DNA of 64,000 nt. Source: Nitrosopumilus sp. Its GTDB lineage: Archaea > Thermoproteota > Nitrososphaeria > Nitrososphaerales > Nitrosopumilaceae. The translations under genes and the position numbers were made by a program. The stretch lies in contig OZ243974.1 of assembly GCA_965214775.1 (NCBI GenBank), forward strand, positions 960,001-1,024,000, written 5' to 3'. Below, in pieces: positions 53,491-63,312 of this stretch (positions are counted from its first letter, which is position 1; each line of letters opens with the position of its first letter). A model generated the notes under the pieces. The model was not told the origin of the DNA, made no database searches, and worked only from the letters and a program-made list of their open reading frames with translations.

Positions 53491-53579
53491 GTACGAGTTT
53501 GCCCCTTAGGCGTCCTGGTGTCTGGAGCCTTCATGATCACGCCTGCCACGCCGTATCTCGGGGAGGGGCAAACTCGTAC
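53491..53579. mobile_element. E-family MITE (89 bp)
   Basis: TIR GTACGAGTTTGCCCCT; 9-bp TSD CGCCTTAAA. Confidence 0.92.
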
Positions 53580-53769
53580 CGCCTTAAAACACCAAACAAC
53601 AAGGTAGAACCGATCCTTCTGGTTCAGATTTCGCTTGGCTGCCTAACATAACAAAATATTTCCACCTGAATTCTGTTTTGCAGTCAGAGGTAATAATCAC
53701 AGATTGGCTGGATGCCTAAAGAAACGAGGGTCGGGTCGGAGGATTTGAATCGCTGTCTTTTTTTTTGAA

Positions 53770-54132
53770 TCATCCTTCTACTGTAAAGATATTCTGAATT
53801 GTTTTAATTGGATCAAAATCTGAAACTTTAGAAATTATTTTTTCAGAAGAATCCTCGACTTTGCTGATTTGATTTGTGATTTTGTCACCTGCCTTGCTTA
53901 TTTCGTTTGTGACGGAGTCCGTTGCCTTGTCAAGTATTTTGTCAACTGATTCGTCTATTCTCTTCTCAACAGATTCAGATGCGGTTGTGCCTATATTTGA
54001 TACGTCGTCTTTGATGGAATCAATTACCGTTGCAGAGGTCGTAGGAAAGAAAGCGCCAATCTCGTGTGAAAATATCATGCAGCCTAGAATAATGATGCCT
54101 GCAATTATGCCTAATTTTATGAGCATTCCCAA
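53770..54132 (-). CDS. membrane-anchored helical protein
   Basis: N-terminal TM helix, amphipathic repeats. Confidence 0.7.
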   Translation of the reverse strand: MGMLIKLGIIAGIIILGCMIFSHEIGAFFPTTSATVIDSIKDDVSNIGTTASESVEKRIDESVDKILDKATDSVTNEISKAGDKITNQISKVEDSSEKIISKVSDFDPIKTIQNIFTVEG

Positions 54133-54195
54133 TAATCATAGAAAATAGATTTTAGGCCGGAACTAAAAAAAATGTTCGAGACTGATTGAATTTTC

Positions 54196-54609
54196 TTAGC
54201 TAATTTCCTCTTCTTTGCCAAAAGCAATCCAGTCAACAATCCTGTCAATCTGGGGTGACGTGAGAATTACCTTGATTGGGCCTAACGGAGACTCCTCTGC
54301 TTGTTCACAGATTGCCGCTTTTCCAGCAAATGCCGCCTGCTTGTTCAGATAAATCCAGGTCGAGTTTCCATCCAGATTTTTTTGAAGATGTTTTCTGTAC
54401 GTTTTTTGGGAATGTCTTGAATGGATCGATTCGACGATTTTTTCTAATGATGAAAGGGATTCAGAGGTTGACGAGATTGAAAATTTTCCGTTGTTTGTTT
54501 CAGAGTCTGGAAAAATGTTAGAGATTGCCCGGGTTATTTTTTGTGGATCCTCGCTGGGGTTAACGGAGGTAAAAAGTTCAATCTTGCAAGGAATTGACGG
54601 AATTTTCAT
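54196..54609 (-). CDS. DUF54-like archaeal RNA-binding protein
   Basis: VNPSEDP...LNKQAAFAG...ESPLGPI. Confidence 0.8.
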   Translation of the reverse strand: MKIPSIPCKIELFTSVNPSEDPQKITRAISNIFPDSETNNGKFSISSTSESLSSLEKIVESIHSRHSQKTYRKHLQKNLDGNSTWIYLNKQAAFAGKAAICEQAEESPLGPIKVILTSPQIDRIVDWIAFGKEEEIS

Positions 54610-55154
54610 TCTGTCCAGCTTTGGATGATTTCGTATGCCGAAGAAATTAACTCGTCTTTTGTCAGACCAATGTTTGTGATGGCATGGTCAGACAATGCGA
54701 TCGGATTGCTAATTCCAACTCCTAATTCCCTGTTATCCCGTTCTTCAAAATGTTCCTTGGTTTGGGGATCGTCTGAACGCCCGCGTTTTTGCAGAAAATC
54801 AAATCTCGTGTCGGCAGATGCGTGGATTGCCAAAAGTTTTACGTTTCCAAATTTTCGTAGAACGCTAACTTCGTCATTGGAGCGGATGCCGTCAATTAAA
54901 ATTATGTTTGAAGAGGAATTTTCAATTTGGTCTTTGATTAGTTTGGCAACTGCCCCGGGTCCGTTTTTTTCTCTAAGTTCCAGCATCAGTCTTCCAAGAT
55001 TAGAGCGGGAGGGTTCCAAGCTTCTACGTTTTGCTTCTTCCCTGACTGTGTCTCCCAGGTTGATGGTTTCATAGCCCCTTGGTTTTAGTCCGTCAGCAAC
55101 AGTTGACTTGCCGGCTCCAGGCATTCCAGTCAGGCATACGATCAGTTTTGTCAA
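54606..55154 (-). CDS. P-loop kinase (dephospho-CoA kinase-like)
   Basis: TGMPGAGKS, IDGIRS, RGRSDDP. Confidence 0.85.
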   Translation of the reverse strand: MTKLIVCLTGMPGAGKSTVADGLKPRGYETINLGDTVREEAKRRSLEPSRSNLGRLMLELREKNGPGAVAKLIKDQIENSSSNIILIDGIRSNDEVSVLRKFGNVKLLAIHASADTRFDFLQKRGRSDDPQTKEHFEERDNRELGVGISNPIALSDHAITNIGLTKDELISSAYEIIQSWTE

Positions 55155-55319
55155 TATATGAGAAAAAGTGTAGTCTGGCCTATGAAGCTACCGGAAATGC
55201 ACAACGTCATGTACTCCGTAAAACCAGGCGTGAACAGGAAATTCGGATGAATGTTTTGCGCCTAGCAATCTGAGGATCTGTTGTTGTACAATGATTTTAA
55301 GATCGACTGTGCGAAAAAC

Positions 55320-55418
55320 GGTAATATCGGGTAGTGGTTTATCCCACCGGTTTCAGGGACCGGCGAGATCCTGTATGAGCAGGGTTTCACGTGGGTTCGA
55401 ATCCCACCATGACTGCCA
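55320..55418 (+). tRNA. class II tRNA with anticodon CAG (nominally Leu), atypical
   Basis: D arm GGG/CCC, anticodon stem CCGGT/ACCGG with loop TTCAGGG, 9-bp V stem, T arm GTGGG-TTCGAAT-CCCAC, G-CCA end; TTTTAA box upstream. Confidence 0.8.
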
Positions 55419-55539
55419 ATTTAGTATTGCATCAAAAATAAAAAAAGGTCGGGATCTGGGATTCTGCAATCTTGGTGATATAGACATGGAATCACGATCT
55501 TCTCCAGATTGGAATTTATGCCTAGACAGAATCCTTGCT

Positions 55540-55775
55540 TAGTGAGGCATTTTGAATGATCGTCTTCCACTTGTTCGTACCATCCACGCTTATCAGGGAC
55601 GATTCTGTCGGGGTCTGGCCGTACAATGCACCGTGTTTTTTCGTAAAATTATAGACCCCTCATTCCGTCAAGTATGATGGTGTCCGTCTTCTTGAGGCCC
55701 AGAAACACCTTCTCACAGTCTCTGATCTCGCCGTTAATCCTCTACATCTTGTTGTTGTTATCATGGTCATGCTTG
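55540..55775 (-). pseudogene. IS6-like DDE transposase C-terminal remnant
   Basis: NNNKM*RINGEIRD...FLGLKK, then frameshifted YNFTKKHGAL...NKWKTIIQNASL. Confidence 0.65.
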
Positions 55776-56017
55776 CCGGCAGCGTTGCCTCGAGGGTAAA
55801 CTCTTGCGAAGGGCAGGACGCTCAAGGCAATAGCAGAGGAGCTGAAGGTGACGCCCCAGTACGTGGGCAGACTGTGCGCCGAGTTCGAAAGAACCGGCGT
55901 AATACACGTGCAAAAGAGTCCCGGCAGGCCAGCATCGCCGCCGCCCTCAAGCGATGAGGTTCGGACGGTACTTCGCCTGTACGCCGAGCAGGACATCGGT
56001 GTGGTGCGCACGGCCAG

Positions 56018-57176
56018 AGAGTTGATTCGAAATTAGCAAATTTTGATCAAATGGGCACATATTGTACACCAACCCGATCCAAATGCAGGCAAAATGTACA
56101 TAATTCATGAAGTTGTTTGATAAATTATCAAAAAATCCCCGGACATTCAGGATGTTTGCCGGCATGACTGCCCCCGAATTTGATTTGTTGTATGCAAAGG
56201 TGGCAAAAAAACACCCAAAGATGGACAGAAAGAGGCTGCTTTCTGCCAAAAAAGACCGCAAGCGTGACATCGGTGCAGGACGCCCGACTGCCCTGAACCT
56301 AAAGGAGAGTCTTCTGCTGTCCCTGTTCTACTACAGGACGTACGTCACGCAGGACGTGGCATCTGCCATGTTCGGCATTGGACAGGCATCAGTCTCGCGC
56401 ACAATTGACAGGATTGCGCCGGTTCTCAAGCAGTGCCTGTCGATCCCCGAAAAGATCTATTCGGGCACCAAGAGAATATCCTCAGTAGAGGAGCTAATGG
56501 ACGTACTTCCAGAACTTGTCTGCCTGACAGATGCCTCAGAGCAAAAGATATGCAGGCCCAAGAGAAAGGACATGGAGAGATCGCACTATTCAGGCAAGGC
56601 AGGCACGCACACAGTCAAGGTCCAGTATACCACCAACATTCACGGACTCATAGTGCACAAGACGCCCCACTCTCCGGGACGCGTAAACGACATCACAATG
56701 TACCAGATGAGGCATCCCACGTTCCGGTACGACCAAAGAAAGGAGAAAGAGAAAGAGAAAAAGTGTCCCGGCGGCGGCGGGGATGGTGATGCGCCGCAAC
56801 AACAACAAAAGAGCACAAAGCTGCGTCACTACATGGACCGCGGATACCAGGGAGCACAGTCAGTGGATGCAGGCACGGACGTCATACTCCCAATCAAGAA
56901 AAAACCGGGCGGCAAGCTCACTGATGCGGAAAAAGAGTACAATATCACGCACTCAAAGATACGCGTGTACGTGGAGAACACCATACGCAGGGTCAAAACA
57001 TACAGAATAATGGGCGACCGGTACCGAAACCCACTCAAAAAGTACGACCTTGCCAACAGTATCGTGTGCGGACTGGTCAACGATAGGGCGTTGGCCAGAA
57101 TCGCTGCTGCGGCCTGAGTGGCGGCAGCAGAACGGCTGCGGACGGGGCACTCGATTTCTAATTTCGGATCACCTCT
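56018..57176 (+). mobile_element. IS5/ISL2-like IS, autonomous partner of the F MITEs
   Basis: TIR AGAGTTGATTCGAAATTAG / CTAATTTCGGATCACCTCT; TSD CAG. Confidence 0.9.
56107..57117 (+). CDS. DDE transposase
   Basis: TDASEQ, YSGK, MDRGYQG, RVYVENTIRRVK. Confidence 0.9.
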   Translation: MKLFDKLSKNPRTFRMFAGMTAPEFDLLYAKVAKKHPKMDRKRLLSAKKDRKRDIGAGRPTALNLKESLLLSLFYYRTYVTQDVASAMFGIGQASVSRTIDRIAPVLKQCLSIPEKIYSGTKRISSVEELMDVLPELVCLTDASEQKICRPKRKDMERSHYSGKAGTHTVKVQYTTNIHGLIVHKTPHSPGRVNDITMYQMRHPTFRYDQRKEKEKEKKCPGGGGDGDAPQQQQKSTKLRHYMDRGYQGAQSVDAGTDVILPIKKKPGGKLTDAEKEYNITHSKIRVYVENTIRRVKTYRIMGDRYRNPLKKYDLANSIVCGLVNDRALARIAAAA

Positions 57177-58022
57177 CAGGCGTGCAAGGGAGGAATTGAA
57201 TATAAGCTACAACTCTGTATACAGGATAATGAGTGAGAACAAGCTGGTCTCAAAGTCTGCTGCAAGATCTGGACAGCGCAAGTGGCTACGCTATGAGCGC
57301 AAGTACTCCAACGCAATGTGGCACGTGGACTGGCACGATATGAAGGATCCACGCCTGAGAGGGCTCAAATTAGTCACGTTTTTGGACGATTCATCCAGAT
57401 GTATCATGGCGGCACGGACGTTTGCCGAGGCCACATCAGAAAACGTGGTGATAACACTCAGGGATGCCATAGACAGATTTGGCACGCCGGCTACCATACT
57501 GTCTGACAACGGCAGGTGCTTCAACGGCGGCCGTAGCAAGAAGAACATGCCAAAGGGGACGTGGAAGCCGACTGCATTTGAGGCCGAGCTGCTGGACCGG
57601 GGCATCGGGCTGATAAACTCCAGGCCGTACCATCCGGAGACCAACGGCAAGCTGGAACGGTTGCACGGCAGCATAGAGAAGGAAATCCACCACTATGAGA
57701 GCCTGCCTGCATACGTAGAGCGCTATAATGAGCGCAGGCTGCACTTTGCACTCGATATCGACAGATGTGAAACGTAGCTGTAGGCGTTCTCTGCAAGGGG
57801 GCCACAGAAGCGATCAGGAAAAGCAGCCCAAAATGGATGGGGAATGCCAATGACTAACGAACATGATTTCCATATAACACACCGGAATTTCTTCGGCAAA
57901 AATATTTCAAGGCGATCAAATCGGTCTGATAACGAACCAGTTGTGTCATCCAGCTACCAGACACGCTTGTTGTGACCTACCTAGTTATATGCACTACCCA
58001 CAAAAAACATCATTATATTGCT

Positions 58023-58130
58023 CTTGATGCCGTATTGTGGCATGCCTTTGAGTACACCTCTGTCGCATCTGCAAGCTGGTCGCTGGATATGTGGACTTGA
58101 TGCCGTATTGTGGCATGCCTTTGAGTACAC
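58023..58130. repeat. 35-bp repeat / 38-bp spacer / 35-bp repeat (CRISPR-like mini unit)
   Basis: CTTGATGCCGTATTGTGGCATGCCTTTGAGTACAC exact at 58023 and 58096. Confidence 0.85.
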
Positions 58131-58939
58131 AGCATACACACGGCAACCTAATGTCATACAAGGTGTATGTCAGGCCCGCGGTCCACAGAATGTATGGCTA
58201 TAACACAAAGACCGCATCAAAGCACCAAAAAAACGTGCACATGCTGCTGCAAGCCCTGTTTGCTCACGGGACTGGCACTACGTGGGATCTGGCAAAGGTC
58301 CGGCGGCTCAAGGCTGCCGCCATAAGGGAACAAGAAAAGGTCTACCGGCGTCTTCTAGTAGGCAGGACAGACAGGGGAAGGTACTCTGGAGGCCTGCTGG
58401 ATGCCGGCCTAGTGGTAAGGGACGACGACGCGCAAGAAGGGAAGAATAGCCCATATGCCAGATACAGGCTGTCAATGTACGGCATATTGTACTGCGTTGA
58501 CGTGTTGGAGCCTACCAAAAAGGAGACGGACAGCATGGTCAGGCAGTACGCGTTCCTGCTGCCACGGGTGTTTGGCATGTGGAAGCCACTAAAACATGTC
58601 TTGGGCAGGGAGGCGGCATATGACGGCCTGAAAATACTCTCAAAGGGACTGTACCTCAACAACATCAGCATGGCGCGCACCGACAGCCCGTTGTACGAGC
58701 TGATGTCGTTCATCCACGTAAAGTACAGGCACAGGTTCGAGTCGATATCGCAGCACGACCTCTCCGAGCAGGTGTCATACTGGTTTTTCACGTTTCTGCT
58801 GTACCTGGATCCGAAAAGCCTGAAGGCGGTGCTGGCGCAGGACGAGCAGCTGCACAAGTGGTACAAGGATTTTTTCAGACAGGCCAAGAGCTATTATGCC
58901 GAGCGGATGCGGGCAATGAGGGGATCCGGGATTTTTTGA
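58121..58939 (+). CDS. hypothetical protein, winged-helix-like
   Basis: TTWDLAK...GLV...YRLSMYGILY; start uncertain (TTG 58121 or ATG 58151). Confidence 0.7.
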   Translation: MSTQHTHGNLMSYKVYVRPAVHRMYGYNTKTASKHQKNVHMLLQALFAHGTGTTWDLAKVRRLKAAAIREQEKVYRRLLVGRTDRGRYSGGLLDAGLVVRDDDAQEGKNSPYARYRLSMYGILYCVDVLEPTKKETDSMVRQYAFLLPRVFGMWKPLKHVLGREAAYDGLKILSKGLYLNNISMARTDSPLYELMSFIHVKYRHRFESISQHDLSEQVSYWFFTFLLYLDPKSLKAVLAQDEQLHKWYKDFFRQAKSYYAERMRAMRGSGIF

Positions 58940-59022
58940 AGGATGGTGGTATCTTGAATGACGGTAACGAATCTTTTGCATAGTTTCCGGAAAAATCTTC
59001 AAAATACCGCTTTATGTATTGG

Positions 59023-59385
59023 TCATTCTTCAATTAACCTTATTGCTTTTTCTATGTCCATATCAGATTCCCAATATGCACCTATTGCATTTTCAGAGCC
59101 GGTAAATTTTTCAAGATAGTCGATGTCTTTTTCCCATTTATTAATTATCTTTATTGCCAGTTCTACATTTCCTTCAGCAAAGTCATACCCTTTCGATGCG
59201 ATTCTGATAGATGTCCTAGTTTGTTCAAAAATATATTCTATTTTTTCATTACGTATTTTGTTTTCTTTCATCCACAACTCATTGAAAGGACAAGATGTGT
59301 AATTGCATTCATCCGAATAATAGATAGCTATCGGCACAGATATTATTGGAATTAAAGTCAAAAATAAAATCTTGTTAATTTTCAT
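59023..59385 (-). CDS. exported hypothetical protein
   Basis: Signal-like N-terminus; AT-rich. Confidence 0.55.
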   Translation of the reverse strand: MKINKILFLTLIPIISVPIAIYYSDECNYTSCPFNELWMKENKIRNEKIEYIFEQTRTSIRIASKGYDFAEGNVELAIKIINKWEKDIDYLEKFTGSENAIGAYWESDMDIEKAIRLIEE

Positions 59386-59404
59386 TATAAAAAAAGAAAA
59401 GGGA

Positions 59405-60016
59405 TTAGATGGCCTCATTGAGTGCCTTGTCCAACAGCTTGCCATCCCTGTGTCTGTCATTGTATGCCTTGTCGTCAACAACTTTGTATTTTCCGTACTT
59501 GCCGAGCTCTACAAAGTAGAATCCGTCATCATCAAAGACGGGACCGTTTTTGCCATGTCCCACATGAAGTATGACTTCTTCACCGATTTCAAACTGTGGT
59601 TCGAAGCCGTGCATGTAGAATTTGTCGGATTCATACACGCCGCCCAGATACACGGTAAACTGGTCGCCTTCTTTCAATTTGAGATCTGGAGTGATATCCT
59701 TGGCTTTTTCATCAAGTTCAATTGTTATCGGTACAAAGCCCAGCTGGTTTTTTGATTCGTCACTCCAATCAATCGGATCCCCCACAGAAAGAACCGTTCC
59801 CTTGACGGTTAACACCACTGTGGGCTTGGTTTCGCTGATTTCTTCGGTTGCCAGCATGACGTCGGTTGGGGCAACAGCAATGTTTGGATTTGCCTTTGTA
59901 ATGTCAGATTGCACATAAACATAACTCTCATCAGATGAACTCAATGATGCTACCATGCCAATGGAAACAGCAACGATGACAACAATGCTAAATATGGCTA
60001 ATTTTTGTCTGTTCAT
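59405..60016 (-). CDS. membrane-anchored exported protein
   Basis: 203 aa, N-terminal TM; starts 9 bp after the peptidase stop. Confidence 0.75.
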   Translation of the reverse strand: MNRQKLAIFSIVVIVAVSIGMVASLSSSDESYVYVQSDITKANPNIAVAPTDVMLATEEISETKPTVVLTVKGTVLSVGDPIDWSDESKNQLGFVPITIELDEKAKDITPDLKLKEGDQFTVYLGGVYESDKFYMHGFEPQFEIGEEVILHVGHGKNGPVFDDDGFYFVELGKYGKYKVVDDKAYNDRHRDGKLLDKALNEAI

Positions 60017-60025
60017 TTTTTTCTC

Positions 60026-60670
60026 CTACGTATAATGATCATTTATGTCATTTAGATCCTCTGTTCTAAGCTGTGATTGATCAGAGTTGCATCCACTCTT
60101 CATCGCAGTATGACCATCCCAAGCGCCCCAATGCCATACATGATGGCCCAAGCCTGCAAAGTGACCAAACTCGTGTGTGATCACGTAATCTGGGTTTACT
60201 TCGCCGAAAATAATGTTGCATCCGACATCCGGATCATAATTCAGGCTGTTGTTAGTGTTAAGCCAAATTACTTTGTACTGACCGCCGCCACCCGAATAGC
60301 TACCGGTGGCACCAAAGACATTTGTGCTTCCAAGATATGCGGCACCAAGCCTGCTGTTGTATCCGGGATTGTTGGAGGAAACAACAGTTAGGTCAAAATC
60401 TGTCGAATGAATTGTATGTCTTGGAACTTCTGCAATGAGGGTCAACGCAACGCCATTATTTTCCGATCCATCATAAGTTACATCATCTAACGCATCCATG
60501 TCATACCATATGGTTTCTGAAGACGATGCACTGAATGGTTCAAAATTCATAATGTCGCCATTTGAATCATGTGCATAAGCGGGTGTCATCATAACAATTG
60601 TCAAGACAGTTACAAGGAAGGATATCGAGGTTGCTGAAACAGCTTTCGTGTTTTTTGTTTTGTGATTCAT
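60026..60670 (-). CDS. secreted metzincin (matrixin-like) zinc peptidase
   Basis: HEFGHFAGLGH and Met-turn TAM; signal peptide ending AYA. Confidence 0.85.
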   Translation of the reverse strand: MNHKTKNTKAVSATSISFLVTVLTIVMMTPAYAHDSNGDIMNFEPFSASSSETIWYDMDALDDVTYDGSENNGVALTLIAEVPRHTIHSTDFDLTVVSSNNPGYNSRLGAAYLGSTNVFGATGSYSGGGGQYKVIWLNTNNSLNYDPDVGCNIIFGEVNPDYVITHEFGHFAGLGHHVWHWGAWDGHTAMKSGCNSDQSQLRTEDLNDINDHYT

Positions 60671-60786
60671 GTTGTTGCCTGTATCACGATCACTTGTTAT
60701 ATAACAACTGCTAGCCGTTTGCGGTATGCCTTTTGCGCACGAAACGAGCAAGAACCGGATCCCGTACTCGTCAAATGGGTGCAGGA

Positions 60787-60812
60787 AGGATCGCCAGTGA
60801 AACGGCGATCCT
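60787..60812. other. perfect 9-bp hairpin
   Basis: AGGATCGCC-N8-GGCGATCCT, downstream of the receiver-domain fragment. Confidence 0.5.
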
Positions 60813-60833
60813 CACCGGAAGATCTGTCTTGCG

Positions 60834-61007
60834 CTATTTTGCATGTCTCCTGATCGTCTTCCACAGGGTGTCTGGCTCGATGGGCTTGTTTATCATGCCC
60901 CTGAGGGAGGCTGCCTTTGCCCCTCCGTACTTTGCGTCGTCTATCATGTAGCTTGAGGTAAAGACTATCCGGGCATCCTGATCGTGCTTTCTCAGCAGCA
61001 GAAAGGT
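60834..61007 (-). pseudogene. C-terminal half of a response-regulator receiver domain cut by IS66
   Basis: TFLLLRKHDQDARIVFTSSY...GMINKPIEPDTLWKTIRRHAK*. Confidence 0.7.
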
Positions 61008-61008
61008 C

Positions 61009-62641
61009 GTATGAGGTCACCTACCCCTCACAATAGGGTAAACATTACTGACGGTGCTGATCCTTATACTATGATCGCGTAGACTAGGCATTGTGAAAGG
61101 TCAGCTCTCCGCATGCTACGAGATCAAGGCATCTACAGCATCGCCCACGGAGACGATAAGGAATCTAAAAAAGGACCTCAAGGAGCGTGACAATATCATT
61201 GAGGAGCAGGGCAGGACCATTGAAAAGTTAAACAAGACACTTGAAAAGCGCGACAAGACCATCAGGGAGCAGGACAACCGGCTCCGATACTACGAGAACG
61301 AGAACTCGCCCCCGTCGGCAGACTCGCTGGAGTGGAAGAGGCAAAAGGCGCAGAGGAGAAAGGAGAGGGCCCGGCCCGATGCTGCAGCCGGGGATGACGG
61401 CACCGGGGAGGACAGAAAAAAGCCCGGCGGCCAGAAGGGCCACAATGGCGTATCGCGCACCCACCGGCCCACCAGGGTACAGAAACACTGCTTTCCGGGT
61501 GGACGGGCGCCGGAGTGCAAGCGGCACCACCACAGAGATCATGAAAAAGCCGCAGGTGCGCGACATGATAGGATTCAAGATAAAGTACACCGAGACGCGC
61601 CACGAGACACAGAGGGCAGTGTGCCCGAAATGCGGCACCATGCATACTGCCCCCGACGGCCTGCCCCGACGCGGCAGCTATGACACGAGCGTGGTCACAG
61701 CCGTCACAAAGCTGCGCAGCGAGGGCGTCCCACACAACAGGATCCCGGGTATAATGTCAGATATCTTGGGCGTGCACATGTCAAAGTCAACTGCAATCAA
61801 CAGCATAGGACGCGTCTGCGACGCCGCAAAGGCGCCTGCCGAGGCCATCGCAGAGGAGGTAAGAAGCTCAAAGACGGTCTGCATAGACGAGACGGGGATC
61901 AACCTGGCAGGCAGACTGGGATGGGCGTGGGCCATGCTGTCGGCGGTGGGCGTGTTCATGATATATGCAGACACCAGGAGCGCCCGGATCCTGGACCAGT
62001 ACATGGGCGGGTACGGGGGCGTCGTCACATCGGACGGATATCCCGCATACAAGAGGTTCGGGCTGCTGGGAAGGCTCCAGCGGTGCTGGGCGCACGAGCT
62101 GCGGTTCCTCCTGTATGGCTCGCAGAAAAAGGGCGCCCTGCTGTTTGCAGGAGTCCTGTACCGGCAGATGCAGCAGCTGTTCAAGGATGCCAAGGAGTGT
62201 CTTGAGGGCTGGGACAAGCAGTCCGGGGAGGATCTCCGGGAGCTCGAGGAGAGGACGGGGATAAGCAGTGCCGGCGGGCTGATGGGGCGGCACTCGCCGG
62301 AGCTGCGCCGGCGGTTTGAGACCAACATGCAGAACATGCTGTTCGGATACGTTGATGCATGGGGCGGCCCGCTGGAGCCCCTTCTCAAGAGGATGCACAG
62401 GGCCCTGCCGTGCATGTTTGCGTTTCTGGAATACGAGGGTGTCGAGCCGACCAACAATGGTGCAGAGCGGGCGCTGCGCCCCGTCGTACTTCAATTCAAG
62501 ATAAGCGGCCAGATCAAGGGAGGCCTGGTCTGGACGGAAAGGCATGGATGGCTCAATACATGTGTGTCGACATGGAAGCTGCAGGGCAAGTCCATCATGG
62601 ATGAGGTGGCCAAAATAATCTAGGGGTAGGTGACCACATAC
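61009..62641 (+). mobile_element. IS66-family element
   Basis: 20-bp TIR GTATG(A/T)GGTCACCTACCCCT; flanks do not form a TSD. Confidence 0.88.
61093..62623 (+). pseudogene. IS66 transposase, frameshifted near 61522
   Basis: NSPPS, KPGGQKGH, IDETG, SDGYPAY, QRCWAH, PTNNGAERALR; frame break inside a Cys motif. Confidence 0.85.
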
Positions 62642-62680
62642 AAAAAGAGTATGGATGCCGAGGATATGATCCCGGCACGG

Positions 62681-63040
62681 TCAGGGGCGCGGAACAAGCC
62701 TGTACTGGATGCCCTTTATCCCAAAGGCCACGATTATCACCACGGCCCCGCCTATCCGTATCGCGTTGAGGGCGATGCTTATCAGGCCCGTGACATCCTC
62801 TGAGAATATCGCGTTCTCCTGGCACTGCTCGTCCTCGCCTACCGCACAGAACGTGTTGATGTCGACCCCCATGAGGGGCACTATGATTGTCGGTGCTGCA
62901 ATGATGAATATCATCGCGACGAATGCCTTTTTTCCGAACCTGACAAGGTCTCCCTTGCTTTTTCCCTCGTCATCGTCTCCAAACATGATGTGTATGATGC
63001 CGTTTGATTTAAGGCGCAAAAACACGGTATGACGGGTCAC
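62681..63040 (-). CDS. small membrane protein, probably 5' truncated
   Basis: Two hydrophobic helices; loosely pilin-like. Confidence 0.45.
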   Translation of the reverse strand: MTRHTVFLRLKSNGIIHIMFGDDDEGKSKGDLVRFGKKAFVAMIFIIAAPTIIVPLMGVDINTFCAVGEDEQCQENAIFSEDVTGLISIALNAIRIGGAVVIIVAFGIKGIQYRLVPRP

Positions 63041-63312
63041 AGATCTACAAGCCTGTCGGCGGATTTACACAGGAATTATGGACGACCAAGTCAGAATTTA
63101 CACTCGGGATCCACACGCTTGGATTATTTTGGATATCCCAGTCAAAGATCCCCTGGGTATTTTTTAAAAAATTACCCAAAATTTGGCACATGCTTAAACA
63201 ATTCGCCACATGAGGTTTATAAAGCCAGAAGATCTAATTGAGGTAGGTAATGCGGGACGCATTATTAGAGGGCATGTTGAATGGGGGGTTCCTTGTTGCA
63301 TGCTCTTGACCC

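Larger units (their letters stand above)
55803..57879 (+). pseudogene. IS481-family element, 5' truncated and interrupted by an IS5-like IS
   Basis: Removing the insert gives VVRTAR-RAREELN; WHVDW, LSDNG, HPETNGKLER; premature stops near 57775; right end ...ATAACA. Confidence 0.82.

Noticed and set aside
53729-53750. Possible tRNA 3'-end (att) remnant on the minus strand (ttcaaatcctccgacccgacc)
   Set aside because: Too short, lacks the 5' T-stem, and does not match the tRNA at 55320.
55351-55357. tRNA-Sec (TCA anticodon)
   Set aside because: The only good stem register gives loop TTCAGGG (anticodon CAG), and the D stem is 3 bp rather than the long Sec-type stem.
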